DNA from: Gemmatimonadota bacterium
GTDB lineage: Bacteria > Gemmatimonadota > Gemmatimonadetes > Gemmatimonadales > GWC2-71-9
Assembly: GCA_003221005.1 (NCBI GenBank)
Contig: QHTZ01000082.1
Span: 46,487 to 90,596, forward strand
Direction of reading: 5' to 3'
DNA: 44,110 bases
Positions 34,662-43,865 of the stretch are shown here, piece after piece. The notes below the pieces were generated by a model. The model searched no databases and was not told where the DNA came from. It worked only from the letters and a program-made list of their open reading frames with translations. Within the stretch, counting starts at the first letter, position 1; every line of letters starts with the position of its first letter. The translations under genes were made by a program, and so were the position numbers.

Positions 34662-36367
34662 TGGGCCAGGGTGTAGCGCGATTGCGCGAGGCGCATCATT
34701 TGGCGCCAGACGAAGCGGTTCCATCCCACGACGATGAGACTCATGAGGGTGATGCCACCGGCCAGCAACGGGTAGTTCGCCCGCGCGGTGGCGACGCTGA
34801 TCAGACTCCCCAGCCCGGTCGTCGTCTGCAGAGTGCCGCCGGCCTCGATGTATTCGGCGACGATCGAACCGTTCCACGCACCCCCCGCCGCCGTCACCCA
34901 CCCCGTCACGAGGGCGGGGAACGCCGCGGGGACGTACAACGCGCGCCAGGTCGCGAGCGCCGGGAGGCGGAACACCGCGGTTGCGTCCTTGAGCTGCTCC
35001 GGGACCGCGGACACGGCGGAGATCACGTTGAACAGAATGTACCACTGCCCCGACAACACCATGAGAGCGACGGCCCCGATGCCGAGCCCGATCCCGACCC
35101 GCTCGAGCGACAGGATGACGATCGGAAACAGCATCGGCGCGGGAAACGACGCCACCACCTGGATCACGGGCTGGAGCGCCTGCGAGACGCGGGGCGACCG
35201 CCCGATGAGGACGCCGACGGGGAGCGCCCACGCGGTGGACAGCGCCACCGCCGCCATCACCCGCGCGAACGTGAGACCCGAAGCGCCCGCCAGGCGGCCC
35301 CAGTCGCGCGGCCCGAGCTGGCGCAGCAGCAGGACCAGATGCCACAACCCCCACCCGCCGCCCGCGAGCACCGCCACGACCAACGCCGCGACGCCCGTCC
35401 CTACCACCGCCGGATGGCCGAAAGCCACTCGCCGGTGCAGCGTGAGGACCGGTCGTGCGAACTGGAGCGGGCGCTGCAGCGGTCGCTGCAACGGGCCGGC
35501 GGCCCGCAGGGCGCTCCGATACGCCCGCCGGCGCAGCACCGCCGCCCGCCGCGGCAAGCGCGCCAGCGGCCGCCACAACAGCTGGTCCACTGCCACGATC
35601 ATCACCACCATGGCGAGGATCGCCTGGCCCATCGCCGTCACGTTGCGCTGGTCGAGTGCGACGCTCATGTAGGACCCGATGCCCGGCAGCCGGTAGTCGC
35701 GGTCACCCAGGCGGAACGCCTCGTTGACCATCAGGAAGAACCACCCTCCCGCCATCGATAGCATCCCGTTCCAGACGAGCCCCTGGGCCGCGGCCGGGAG
35801 CTCGAGCTCGCGAAACCGTCGAGCCGGGGACCACCCCGCCATCTTGGACGCGTCCCGCAACGAATCGGGCAGACTCTTGAGGGAGTTGTAAAAGGACAGC
35901 GCTAGGTTCCACGCTTGCGCCGTGAAGATCATCACGATCGCGGCCAGCTCGAGGCCCACGTTGCGGTACGGGAACAGCGCGACCAGTCCCAGCACGAGCC
36001 CCGGCAAGAATCCCAGCACCGGGATGCTCTGGAGAATGTCGAGCACCGGCAGCAGCAGCCGCTCCGCGGCGCGGGACCGCGCGGCCGCATACCCAAACAG
36101 CAACGCGAACAGAAACGACACGGAGAGCGCGAGCACGCCGCGCATCAGCGAGTACAGCGTATACTTCGGCACGGCCGCCGCCCGCAGGTCGATCTGGACA
36201 GCCTGGAGGAACGGGGCCTCGAATTCCCGGGCGAACACCACGACGGCCCCGGCCGCCCCCGCGACCAGCGCGAGGATCACGACATCGGCCGGCCCGAAGC
36301 CGCGCAGCCCGAACGGCGGCGCGAGCGCCTTGATGGCGCGTACGGGTTTCGAGAGACCCAGGTCCAT
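34658..36367 (-). CDS. ABC transporter permease with two fused permease domains
   Basis: LDILQSIPVLGF, FTAQAWN, WNGMLSMAGGWFFL, ASFPAP, GQWYILFNVI and GGAWNGSIVAEY motifs. Confidence 0.92.
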   Translation of the reverse strand: MDLGLSKPVRAIKALAPPFGLRGFGPADVVILALVAGAAGAVVVFAREFEAPFLQAVQIDLRAAAVPKYTLYSLMRGVLALSVSFLFALLFGYAAARSRAAERLLLPVLDILQSIPVLGFLPGLVLGLVALFPYRNVGLELAAIVMIFTAQAWNLALSFYNSLKSLPDSLRDASKMAGWSPARRFRELELPAAAQGLVWNGMLSMAGGWFFLMVNEAFRLGDRDYRLPGIGSYMSVALDQRNVTAMGQAILAMVVMIVAVDQLLWRPLARLPRRAAVLRRRAYRSALRAAGPLQRPLQRPLQFARPVLTLHRRVAFGHPAVVGTGVAALVVAVLAGGGWGLWHLVLLLRQLGPRDWGRLAGASGLTFARVMAAVALSTAWALPVGVLIGRSPRVSQALQPVIQVVASFPAPMLFPIVILSLERVGIGLGIGAVALMVLSGQWYILFNVISAVSAVPEQLKDATAVFRLPALATWRALYVPAAFPALVTGWVTAAGGAWNGSIVAEYIEAGGTLQTTTGLGSLISVATARANYPLLAGGITLMSLIVVGWNRFVWRQMMRLAQSRYTLAQ

Positions 36368-36430
36368 GGATCGTGTACAGTATCAGTCGCGCGAGCATCC
36401 GGGGAGCCCGCAAGTTTGACGCCCGAGTCG

Positions 36431-37261
36431 ATGCTCGCCGTGAACGGCGTCCGTCTCTTTACGCGCCGTGCGGGGACGGGGCCATCGGTCGTCGTCCTGC
36501 ACGGTGGGCCGGGGGCCCACCACGACTATCTCCTCCCCCAATACGATCTGCTCGCCCGCGGTCGCACGCTGCTGTATTACGACCAGCGAGGCGGCGGGCG
36601 CTCTCCGGTGAGCCGCGAAACGCCCGTGGGGTGGCGAGAGCACGTCGCAGACCTGGACGCCCTGCGGAGTCACTGGGCGCTCGATCAACTGACCCTGCTC
36701 GCTTACTCCTGGGGCGGGCTGCTGGCCCTGTTGTATGCGCTCGAGCACCCCGACCGGGTGGCCCGGCTCGCGCTCGTCTCCAGCGCCCCCGCCACCGCCA
36801 AGTGGCGCCGGGAGTTCGAGCGCCGCCTGGCGGAGCGGATGGCCGATCCACGGATCGCGGAGGCGCGCGCGGCCCTCCAGACGTCGCCGCTCCGCACGAG
36901 CGACCCGGAACAGTACCGACGCCAGGCGTTCGCGCTCTCAGTGGCCGGGTACTTTCGCGATCCCACTGTCGCGATCCGCATGACCCCCTTTCGGGTGACC
37001 GCCCGCACCCAGCAGGCTGTATGGGACAGCCTGGGTGACTACGACCTGCGCCCGCAGCTCAAGGTTCTCCCATCCCGCATCCCGCATCTCGCATCTCGGG
37101 TGATCCAGGGCTTGTTCGACCCGATGCCGATCGAGGCGGCACGCGAGCTCGCCGCTCTGCTCCAGGCGCCGGTAATCGAGCTGCCGACGGGCCACGCGCC
37201 GCACGTCGAGGCAACGGAGAAATTCGTGCGCGCGCTCGACGGGTTCTTGCCCAAGAGCTAA
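36431..37261 (+). CDS. Alpha/beta hydrolase (proline iminopeptidase-like)
   Basis: LHGGPG, YDQRGGGRS, AYSWGG nucleophile, FDP and GHAPH. Alternative TTG start at 36416. Confidence 0.88.
   Translation: MLAVNGVRLFTRRAGTGPSVVVLHGGPGAHHDYLLPQYDLLARGRTLLYYDQRGGGRSPVSRETPVGWREHVADLDALRSHWALDQLTLLAYSWGGLLALLYALEHPDRVARLALVSSAPATAKWRREFERRLAERMADPRIAEARAALQTSPLRTSDPEQYRRQAFALSVAGYFRDPTVAIRMTPFRVTARTQQAVWDSLGDYDLRPQLKVLPSRIPHLASRVIQGLFDPMPIEAARELAALLQAPVIELPTGHAPHVEATEKFVRALDGFLPKS
37071..37098 (+). repeat. CATCYCG x4 heptamer tandem repeat inside the hydrolase CDS
   Basis: catcccg catcccg catctcg catctcg, within the segment encoding PSRIPHLASR. Confidence 0.85.
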
Positions 37262-37275
37262 CGTTCCCTCAAGTC

Positions 37276-37953
37276 ATGGCTACCAAGACTCAACCGCGCC
37301 GCCGGACACGGGAAACCCCCGCCGCAAAGAAGGCGCGGGTCCGCAAGATCATCGCTCGCCTGGAGCAGGCGTACCCGGAGGCGACGTGCGCCCTGCAGCA
37401 CGCGGGCGCGCTCGAGCTGCTCGTCGCCACGATTCTCTCCGCCCAGTCGACGGACGCGCGCGTGAACATGGTCACGCCCGCGCTGTTCGCGAAGTATCGC
37501 AGCGCGGGGGATTACGCGGCCGCAAACCCGCAGGTGCTCGAGCAGGAGATCCACAGCACTGGGTTCTTCCGCAACAAGACCAAATCCATCATCGGAATGG
37601 CGCAGGCGCTGGTCGAGCGCCACGACGGGAAAGTGCCCGACACGATGGAGGCCCTCGTCCAGCTGCCCGGCGTCGGTCGCAAGACCGCGAACGTGGTGCT
37701 CGGCACGTGGTTCGGGAAGAACGAGGGGATCGTGGTGGACACCCACGTCCATCGTCTCACTACGCTGCTCGGCCTCACGCGGGAGACGGCGCCGGAGAAG
37801 ATCGAGCAGGACTTGATGGAGTTGGTGCCGCGCGACAAGTGGACGTGGTTCTCGCACACGCTCATCCTGCACGGGCGCCGCGTGTGCATCGCCCGGCGGC
37901 CGAAGTGCGGAGAGTGCGTGGTGAACCGGTGGTGCCCGTCTTCGAGGGTGTGA
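37276..37953 (+). CDS. nth: Endonuclease III
   Basis: ATILSAQSTD, HhH LPGVGRKTANVVL, VVDTHV and the 4Fe-4S motif C-x6-C-x2-C-x5-C. Confidence 0.97.
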   Translation: MATKTQPRRRTRETPAAKKARVRKIIARLEQAYPEATCALQHAGALELLVATILSAQSTDARVNMVTPALFAKYRSAGDYAAANPQVLEQEIHSTGFFRNKTKSIIGMAQALVERHDGKVPDTMEALVQLPGVGRKTANVVLGTWFGKNEGIVVDTHVHRLTTLLGLTRETAPEKIEQDLMELVPRDKWTWFSHTLILHGRRVCIARRPKCGECVVNRWCPSSRV

Positions 37954-37965
37954 TGATGCGTTACC

Positions 37966-38033
37966 CGTCGCTACGTCGTTACGTTCTACGAATGGGCCTC
38001 GCGAACCTCGTACAACGTAGCGACGTAGCGACG
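37966..38033. repeat. 26-bp inverted repeat made of CGTCGCTA/TAGCGACG octamer units
   Basis: cgtcgctacgtcgttacgttctacga, 16-nt loop, tcgtacaacgtagcgacgtagcgacg; 24 of 26 positions complementary. Confidence 0.9.
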
Positions 38034-38044
38034 TACAACGCCTT

Positions 38045-39220
38045 ATGACGACGCTCCCCCCCGTCGACCGCTCGGCGCTCATCTCCACCCGCCGCGACCT
38101 GCACCAACACCCCGAGCTGGGGTTCGAGGAAACGCGCACCGGTGCGCTCGTTGCGGACCGGCTGCGCGCCCTGGGGTACGCGGTCACGACGCAGGTGGGG
38201 CGCACGGGCGTCGTGGGGCTGCTGGACGGGGGCGGGGGCTCCGGACGCTGCGTGATGCTGCGAGCTGACATGGACGCGCTGCCGGTGGAGGAGGCGACTG
38301 ACGTCCCCTACCGCTCCCGGCAGCCGGGGAAGATGCACGCGTGCGGCCACGACGGGCACGTCGCGATCGGGCTCGAGGTGGCGCGGCGGCTCCACGCGGC
38401 CCGCCTCCCGGGAGGCGGCGTCGTCAAGCTCGCGTTCCAGCCCGCCGAGGAGATCGCGGCCGGGGCGCAGGCGATGATCGCGGCCGGCGTGCTCGAGGCG
38501 CCGCGCGTGGACGCCGCCTTCGGCATCCACCTGTGGAACGACCTCCCCGTGGGCACGATCGGCGTGATGCCGGGACCGGTGATGGCGTCGGTAGATGAGT
38601 TCGAGATCACGATCCTGGGCCGCGGCGGGCACGCGGCGGCCCCGCACCAGACCGTTGACCCGGTGCTGATCGCGGCGCACGTCGTCACCGGGCTCCAGAG
38701 TCTCATCAGCCGCCGCCGCAATCCCTTCGAGGAGGGCGTCGTGTCGGTCACGCAGCTCGCCGCCGGCCACGCCTTCAACGTGATTCCCGGCCGCGCCGAC
38801 CTGCGCGGCACCGTGCGCACGTTCGGCGGGAAGTTCTATGACGAGGCGCCGCAGCTGCTCGAAGAGACCGTCAAGGGGATCGCCGGCGCGTTCGGCGGAT
38901 CCGCCGAGGTGCGCTACCGCCGCCTGTGCAAACCCACCGTCAACGACGAGCGCATGACCCGCGTCATGGCCGACGCCGCGGCGGACATCGTCGGGAAGGG
39001 TAAAGTGGCGAGCGGCGTCCGCACGATGGGCGGGGAGGACATGTCGTTTTTCCTGGCGCAGGTGCCGGGGTGCTTCGCGTTCGTCGGCTCGGCGCCCCGC
39101 GCCGGTAAAGCGTCCCCACACCACAGCCCCACGTTCGACATCGACGAGGAGTCGCTCGTGATCGGGACGGAACTCTTGACGCGCACAGCGCTCGGCTACC
39201 TCACGATGTCCACACCCTGA
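38045..39220 (+). CDS. M20D family amidohydrolase
   Basis: HQHPELGFEE, RADMDALP, MHACGHDGH, FQPAEE, GGHAA, GGEDMS and HHSPTF motifs. Confidence 0.95.
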   Translation: MTTLPPVDRSALISTRRDLHQHPELGFEETRTGALVADRLRALGYAVTTQVGRTGVVGLLDGGGGSGRCVMLRADMDALPVEEATDVPYRSRQPGKMHACGHDGHVAIGLEVARRLHAARLPGGGVVKLAFQPAEEIAAGAQAMIAAGVLEAPRVDAAFGIHLWNDLPVGTIGVMPGPVMASVDEFEITILGRGGHAAAPHQTVDPVLIAAHVVTGLQSLISRRRNPFEEGVVSVTQLAAGHAFNVIPGRADLRGTVRTFGGKFYDEAPQLLEETVKGIAGAFGGSAEVRYRRLCKPTVNDERMTRVMADAAADIVGKGKVASGVRTMGGEDMSFFLAQVPGCFAFVGSAPRAGKASPHHSPTFDIDEESLVIGTELLTRTALGYLTMSTP

Positions 39221-41203
39221 ATGCCCAACGCGCTCGCGTCCGAACCCTCCGCCTACCTCAAGTCCGCCGCCCATCAACCGGTCCACTGGCATCCGTGGGG
39301 CGACGCGGTGTTCCAGCAGGCCCGCGCCCAGGACAAGCCGATCCTCCTCGACATCGGCGCCGTGTGGTGCCACTGGTGCCACGTGATGGACGGCGAATCC
39401 TACGAGAGCCCGGAGGTGGCGCGGGTCCTGAACGAGGACTTCGTGTGCATCAAGGTGGATCGCGACGAGCGCCCCGACGTCGACGCCCGCTATCAGCGCG
39501 CCGTGCAGGCGCTCACCGGGCAGGGTGGCTGGCCCCTCACGGCGTTTCTCACCCCCGAAGGCGAAGTCTTCTTCGGCGGCACCTATTTCCCTCCCGAGGA
39601 CAATCCGTACGGGCGCCCCGGCTTCATATCGGTCCTGAAGCAGGTAGCCGGCATCTACCGGCAGCAACGGGACAAAGTCGCCGAGAGCGCCGCGGCGATC
39701 CGCCGGCACGTCACCGAATCGCTCGACGAGGCGCAACGCGGCGAGGTCGCCGCCGACCTGCTGGCGCAGGCGGCGGACCAGATGGCGCGGGCGTTCGACA
39801 TCCGCTTCGGCGGCTTCGGCACGGCGCCCAAGTTCCCGCATCCGGGCGCGGTGCAATTCCTGCTCGCCCGCTGGCACGACGAGGGCGCCGACTGGATGCG
39901 CGACGTGGTGGAGAAGACGCTCACCGGGATGGCGCACGGCGGCATTCACGACCACGTGGGTGGCGGCTTCCACCGCTACTCGGTGGACGAGCGCTGGATC
40001 GTACCTCACTTCGAGAAGATGGCATACGACAACGCCGCTCTGCTGCACGCCTACCTGGACGGGTACGCCGCGCTCGGCACGCCGCTCTTCAAGCAGGTGG
40101 CACAGGGGATAGTCGACTGGGTGCTCGAGGTGCTCTCGGACGTTGAGAAGGGAGCTTGTTTCACCTCGCAGGACGCCGACGTAGCACCAGGCGACGACGG
40201 CGACTATTGGACATGGACCCGCCAGGAGCTCAGACAGGCCTTGCCGGATGTGGCGTTCCGTGTCGCCCGTCGAGTGTTCGACGTCGAAGACCAGGGCGAG
40301 ATGCACCACAACCCGGAGAAAAACGTCCTGTGGTGGGCGCACGACCCCGCGGGCGACGACGAGTGGCCCATCCTGAAGGACGCGTTGCGGACGCTCAAGG
40401 TGGTGCGCGATCGCCGCCCGCGCCCCTACGTGGACACCACGCCCTATGTCAACTGGAACGCGATGCTCGCCTCGGCGTTCCTGCACGCTGGCGCGGTGCT
40501 CGACCGTCCCGAGTGCAACGCGCTGGCGCTCAAGGTGCTCGAGCGCATATGGAACGAGTCGTGGGACGAGGGAAGCGGCATGAGCCACGTCATCGGCCGC
40601 ACCGAGCCGCGCGGCATGCTCGACGATAACGTCCACGCGGCTGCGGCCTTCCTCGACGCATACGAGGCGACGGGGGAACGCACGTGGCTCACCGGCGCGA
40701 TCGCCGTCGTGCGCTACTGCGCGCGCGCCCACTGGGATGACGCGGCCGGAGGATTCTTCGACGTGGCGCGTGACCGTGGGGGAGCCGCCTACCTCGCGAC
40801 GCGGGCGCGGCCGGTGCAGGACGCTCCCACCCCGTCCGGGAACGGCGTCGCGGCGCTGGTGCTCGCACGCCTCTGGGCGCTGACGGACGATGCGGAGTGG
40901 CGGACCTTGCTCGACCGCCAGCTCCAAGCGTTCGCCGGCGCCGTGCCGCAGCTGTCGCTCCATGGCGCGACGCTAGCGCGCGCGGTGGACTGGGCGGTGC
41001 AGCCGATCACGCGAATCACGGTGTCCGGGCCTCGCGGCGACGGACCGGCGTGCGCCATGCACCTGCTTGCGCTCCAGACCTATCGGCCGCGCAAGGTCGT
41101 GGTGCGCGAGATCGCCGAGCAGCCGGCTGCGGTCGTGTGCGTCGGCACGACGTGCTCGCTCCCCGTCGCCACCGCGGCGGCGCTCGCCGACCTGCTGCGA
41201 TAG
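39221..41203 (+). CDS. Thioredoxin-domain / DUF255 protein (YyaL/SPATA20-like)
   Basis: [55 protein letters not shown] and PSGN motifs. Confidence 0.94.
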   Translation: MPNALASEPSAYLKSAAHQPVHWHPWGDAVFQQARAQDKPILLDIGAVWCHWCHVMDGESYESPEVARVLNEDFVCIKVDRDERPDVDARYQRAVQALTGQGGWPLTAFLTPEGEVFFGGTYFPPEDNPYGRPGFISVLKQVAGIYRQQRDKVAESAAAIRRHVTESLDEAQRGEVAADLLAQAADQMARAFDIRFGGFGTAPKFPHPGAVQFLLARWHDEGADWMRDVVEKTLTGMAHGGIHDHVGGGFHRYSVDERWIVPHFEKMAYDNAALLHAYLDGYAALGTPLFKQVAQGIVDWVLEVLSDVEKGACFTSQDADVAPGDDGDYWTWTRQELRQALPDVAFRVARRVFDVEDQGEMHHNPEKNVLWWAHDPAGDDEWPILKDALRTLKVVRDRRPRPYVDTTPYVNWNAMLASAFLHAGAVLDRPECNALALKVLERIWNESWDEGSGMSHVIGRTEPRGMLDDNVHAAAAFLDAYEATGERTWLTGAIAVVRYCARAHWDDAAGGFFDVARDRGGAAYLATRARPVQDAPTPSGNGVAALVLARLWALTDDAEWRTLLDRQLQAFAGAVPQLSLHGATLARAVDWAVQPITRITVSGPRGDGPACAMHLLALQTYRPRKVVVREIAEQPAAVVCVGTTCSLPVATAAALADLLR

Positions 41204-41261
41204 CTACATTCAACGTCCTCCGGCGCGGCGGCGCCGGGCCACCCATCCACGGATACGGGGA

Positions 41262-41711
41262 ATGCCGAACAAGAAGGCGGTCTTCGAAACGACCAAGGGC
41301 GCGATCGAAGCTGAGCTGTTCGCTGACGAGGTGCCGAACACCGTCGCCAATTTCGAGAAGCTCGCGAACTCGGGGTTCTACAACGGCACCAAATTCCATC
41401 GCGTGATCGCGAACTTCATGATCCAGGGCGGTGACCCCTACTCCAAGACCGGGAAGGGGCCGGTCGGGACCGGGGGGCCGGGCTACACCATCAAGTGCGA
41501 GACGCAGCGGAACACGCACAAGCATGTAGCCGGAACGCTTTCCATGGCGCACGCGGGAAAGGACACCGGCGGCAGCCAGTTCTTCATCTGTCACTCGCCA
41601 CAGCGGCACCTCGACGGCGTCCACACCGTATTCGGACAGGTGACGAAGGGCCTGGAGGTCGTGAACGCCATCGCGCCGAACGACGAGATCAAGTCCTTGC
41701 GCGTGACCTGA
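41262..41711 (+). CDS. Cyclophilin-type peptidyl-prolyl cis-trans isomerase
   Basis: [38 protein letters not shown] and [12 protein letters not shown] motifs. Confidence 0.96.
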   Translation: MPNKKAVFETTKGAIEAELFADEVPNTVANFEKLANSGFYNGTKFHRVIANFMIQGGDPYSKTGKGPVGTGGPGYTIKCETQRNTHKHVAGTLSMAHAGKDTGGSQFFICHSPQRHLDGVHTVFGQVTKGLEVVNAIAPNDEIKSLRVT

Positions 41712-42140
41712 GTGCACCTCGACTTCGCCGTCATCGCCGATTACGCCCTCGTCGACCAGGCCGGCAAGCTCTCCGTCCTCGGCATCTTTCAGCACATCTG
41801 GGTGCAGCAGTTCCCGGCGATGCACCCGCGGCTCCACCTCGTGCTGCGGCTCAAGGGGAAGCGCACCGAGGTGGGAGAGCACGCCGTCCAGATCCGCCTT
41901 CAGGACGAGCAGGACGCGGAGATCCTCGGCGGCTCGGGTAACGTGACGTTCGCCGAGCCCCCGGCCGGCGTCACTGAGATCGAGGCCGGTGCGATTCTCG
42001 TCTTCGACGTGCCGTTTCCGCACCCCGGCATGTACCAGTTTGTGATCACCATCGACGGCGAGAAGCAGGCGTCTGTGCCGGTCACGGTCTCGCAGCTGCC
42101 CACGCCGGCGCCGGGCCCAGGCGGGCCAGCGCTGCACTGA
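41712..42140 (+). CDS. DUF6941-like hypothetical protein
   Basis: ADYA...GKLSVLGIF and FPHPGMYQF.I.IDG; all-beta pattern. Confidence 0.7.
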   Translation: MHLDFAVIADYALVDQAGKLSVLGIFQHIWVQQFPAMHPRLHLVLRLKGKRTEVGEHAVQIRLQDEQDAEILGGSGNVTFAEPPAGVTEIEAGAILVFDVPFPHPGMYQFVITIDGEKQASVPVTVSQLPTPAPGPGGPALH

Positions 42141-42146
42141 CGACCG

Positions 42147-43826
42147 GTGCCCGCCCCTCGCGGCCTCCCCGCGCTCCTCTGCGCGGCCGCGCTGACGCTC
42201 AGCTGGAATCTCTCAGGGTACCGCCTCCTCGATCCCGACGAGGGTCGGAACGCCGAGGTGGCGCGCGAGATGGCCAGCTCCAACGACTACCTGATCCCCC
42301 ATCTCGACGGGCTGCCCTACCTCGACAAGCCGATCGTGTACTTCGCCGCCTCCGCCGCGCTGATGGAGGCGCTCGGCCCAACCGAGACGGCGGCGCGATT
42401 CCCGGCCTACGTTTCCACCCTGGCCACGATCGCGCTGCTCACGTGGTTCGCCCGCCGGCGCTGGGGACCCAACGCCGGATGGGTCGCCGGCCTGGCCTGC
42501 GCGACCATGCCGTTCACCCTCGCCTACGCGCATACCGCCATCTTCGACAGCACCCTCACACTCTGCACCACCGCCGCGATGATCTGCATGTTCGAGGAGC
42601 GGACCGCGCTCGCGTGGGCAGCCATGGGCGTGGGAGCGCTCACCAAGGGGCCGGTGGCGCTCGCGCTCCCCCTCGTCGCGATGGCCGTCTATGCGCTCGC
42701 CACCGGCACGTCCCTCAGGCGCCTGGCATCGCTCCCCGGCGTCGCGCTGTTCGCGGGACTGTGCCTGCCCTGGTTTTTCGCGGTGTCGCACCGATTCCCC
42801 GAGTTCCCGGCGTACGTGTTCGTGCGCGAGACGTTCGAGCGCTTCACGACGGCGCGGTTTCATCGGACCGCCCCGTTCTGGTTCTACCTGCCGATCGTTG
42901 CGGTCGGCGCATTCCCCTGGATCGTTCCCGCGTGCGCGCGGCTGGACCGGTGGCGAGCAACGTGGACGGCGCGCCGCGAGCCCGCGGTACGGGAGCCGAT
43001 TTGGCTCGCGGCCTGGGTGCTCGCCCCGCTGGTGCTGTTCACGCTCAATCACTCGAAGCTGCCGCAGTACGTCCTGCCGCTCATGCCGGCGCTCGCGCTC
43101 GCGGCCGCGCGCCACCTGGCGAGCGAGGGCCCGCGGATCGCGTGGCGACCGTACGTGGCGCTCGCGACTGCTCTGGGCGCCCTGTTCATCGTACTGCCGG
43201 GACGCCTGTTCGCGGCGGTGCCTCTCACGACGGCGGAGCGGCTCGCCATCCCGCCGGCAGCCACGGCGCTCGGCGTCGCGCTGCTCGCGTCGGCCTCGAC
43301 CCTCGCCGCCGCGGCGCGCCGGGGCTCTCTGGAGCTCGGCGCGCTCGCGTACGCGATCCCCGTATTGCTGCTTCCCTTCGCCGGCGCCACGGTCCTCCGC
43401 ACGGTCGGAGACGATCGCTCGGCCGCCCGGCTCGCGGCCGCGATCCAGCCGGTGCTCGGGAACAGCGGCCGAGTCCTCGGGGTTGCAGCGTATCCGCCGT
43501 CACTGCCGTTCTACCTGAACCGCACCGTCACCGTTGCGACTGCCGGCGCCGGAGAGCTCACGAGCAACTACATCGCCGCTTACCAGGACCGCTACCGGGC
43601 TATCCCCGATTCCCCGCTCCAGCCGCCCGACTCCTGGAGGACCGTCCTGACGCACTGCGATGCGCCCACGGTGTTCGTCGCGCGCTCGGATTATCGCGAG
43701 GCGCGGGACGGGCTCGCCACGCTGCCGCTGCTCCTGGACGACGGTCACTACGCCGCCTACGGGCCGTGTCTCCTCACTCCCACTCGTTCCCCCTCTCCGC
43801 ATCGCGGAGAGGGGGTCAGGGGGTGA
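42147..43826 (+). CDS. ArnT-like glycosyltransferase family 39 (lipid-carrier dependent)
   Basis: DPDEGRNAEVAREM, YLDKP, LTKGPV, LPWF, PFWFYLP, FPW and SKLPQYVLP motifs. Confidence 0.92.
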   Translation: MPAPRGLPALLCAAALTLSWNLSGYRLLDPDEGRNAEVAREMASSNDYLIPHLDGLPYLDKPIVYFAASAALMEALGPTETAARFPAYVSTLATIALLTWFARRRWGPNAGWVAGLACATMPFTLAYAHTAIFDSTLTLCTTAAMICMFEERTALAWAAMGVGALTKGPVALALPLVAMAVYALATGTSLRRLASLPGVALFAGLCLPWFFAVSHRFPEFPAYVFVRETFERFTTARFHRTAPFWFYLPIVAVGAFPWIVPACARLDRWRATWTARREPAVREPIWLAAWVLAPLVLFTLNHSKLPQYVLPLMPALALAAARHLASEGPRIAWRPYVALATALGALFIVLPGRLFAAVPLTTAERLAIPPAATALGVALLASASTLAAAARRGSLELGALAYAIPVLLLPFAGATVLRTVGDDRSAARLAAAIQPVLGNSGRVLGVAAYPPSLPFYLNRTVTVATAGAGELTSNYIAAYQDRYRAIPDSPLQPPDSWRTVLTHCDAPTVFVARSDYREARDGLATLPLLLDDGHYAAYGPCLLTPTRSPSPHRGEGVRG

Positions 43827-43828
43827 GG
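43772..43828. repeat. REP-like palindrome (CCCCCTCTCCGC-atc-GCGGAGAGGGGG) overlapping the GT39 stop
   Basis: Perfect 12-bp stem at 43789-43815; outer arms cctcactccc / gggggtgagg. Confidence 0.85.
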
Positions 43829-43865
43829 TAATGCGCGCGGAGAGGTGGAGGGGGGAGGAGACGTA

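Noticed and set aside
26795-35576. Long N-terminal extensions on the M42 (26795), M28 (30350) and ABC ATPase (35576) ORFs
   Set aside because: Stop-poor alternate frames in high-GC DNA overlapping real genes; family motifs begin at 28649, 31643 and 34661.
37979-40963. 994-aa antisense ORF, and similar ones such as 25575-27911 and 18206-19906
   Set aside because: Shadow ORFs opposite well-supported genes, with no recognisable motifs.
41205-41261. TACATT box plus a 7-bp hairpin in the cyclophilin leader as a riboswitch
   Set aside because: Too short, with no recognisable aptamer; probably an ordinary promoter and leader.
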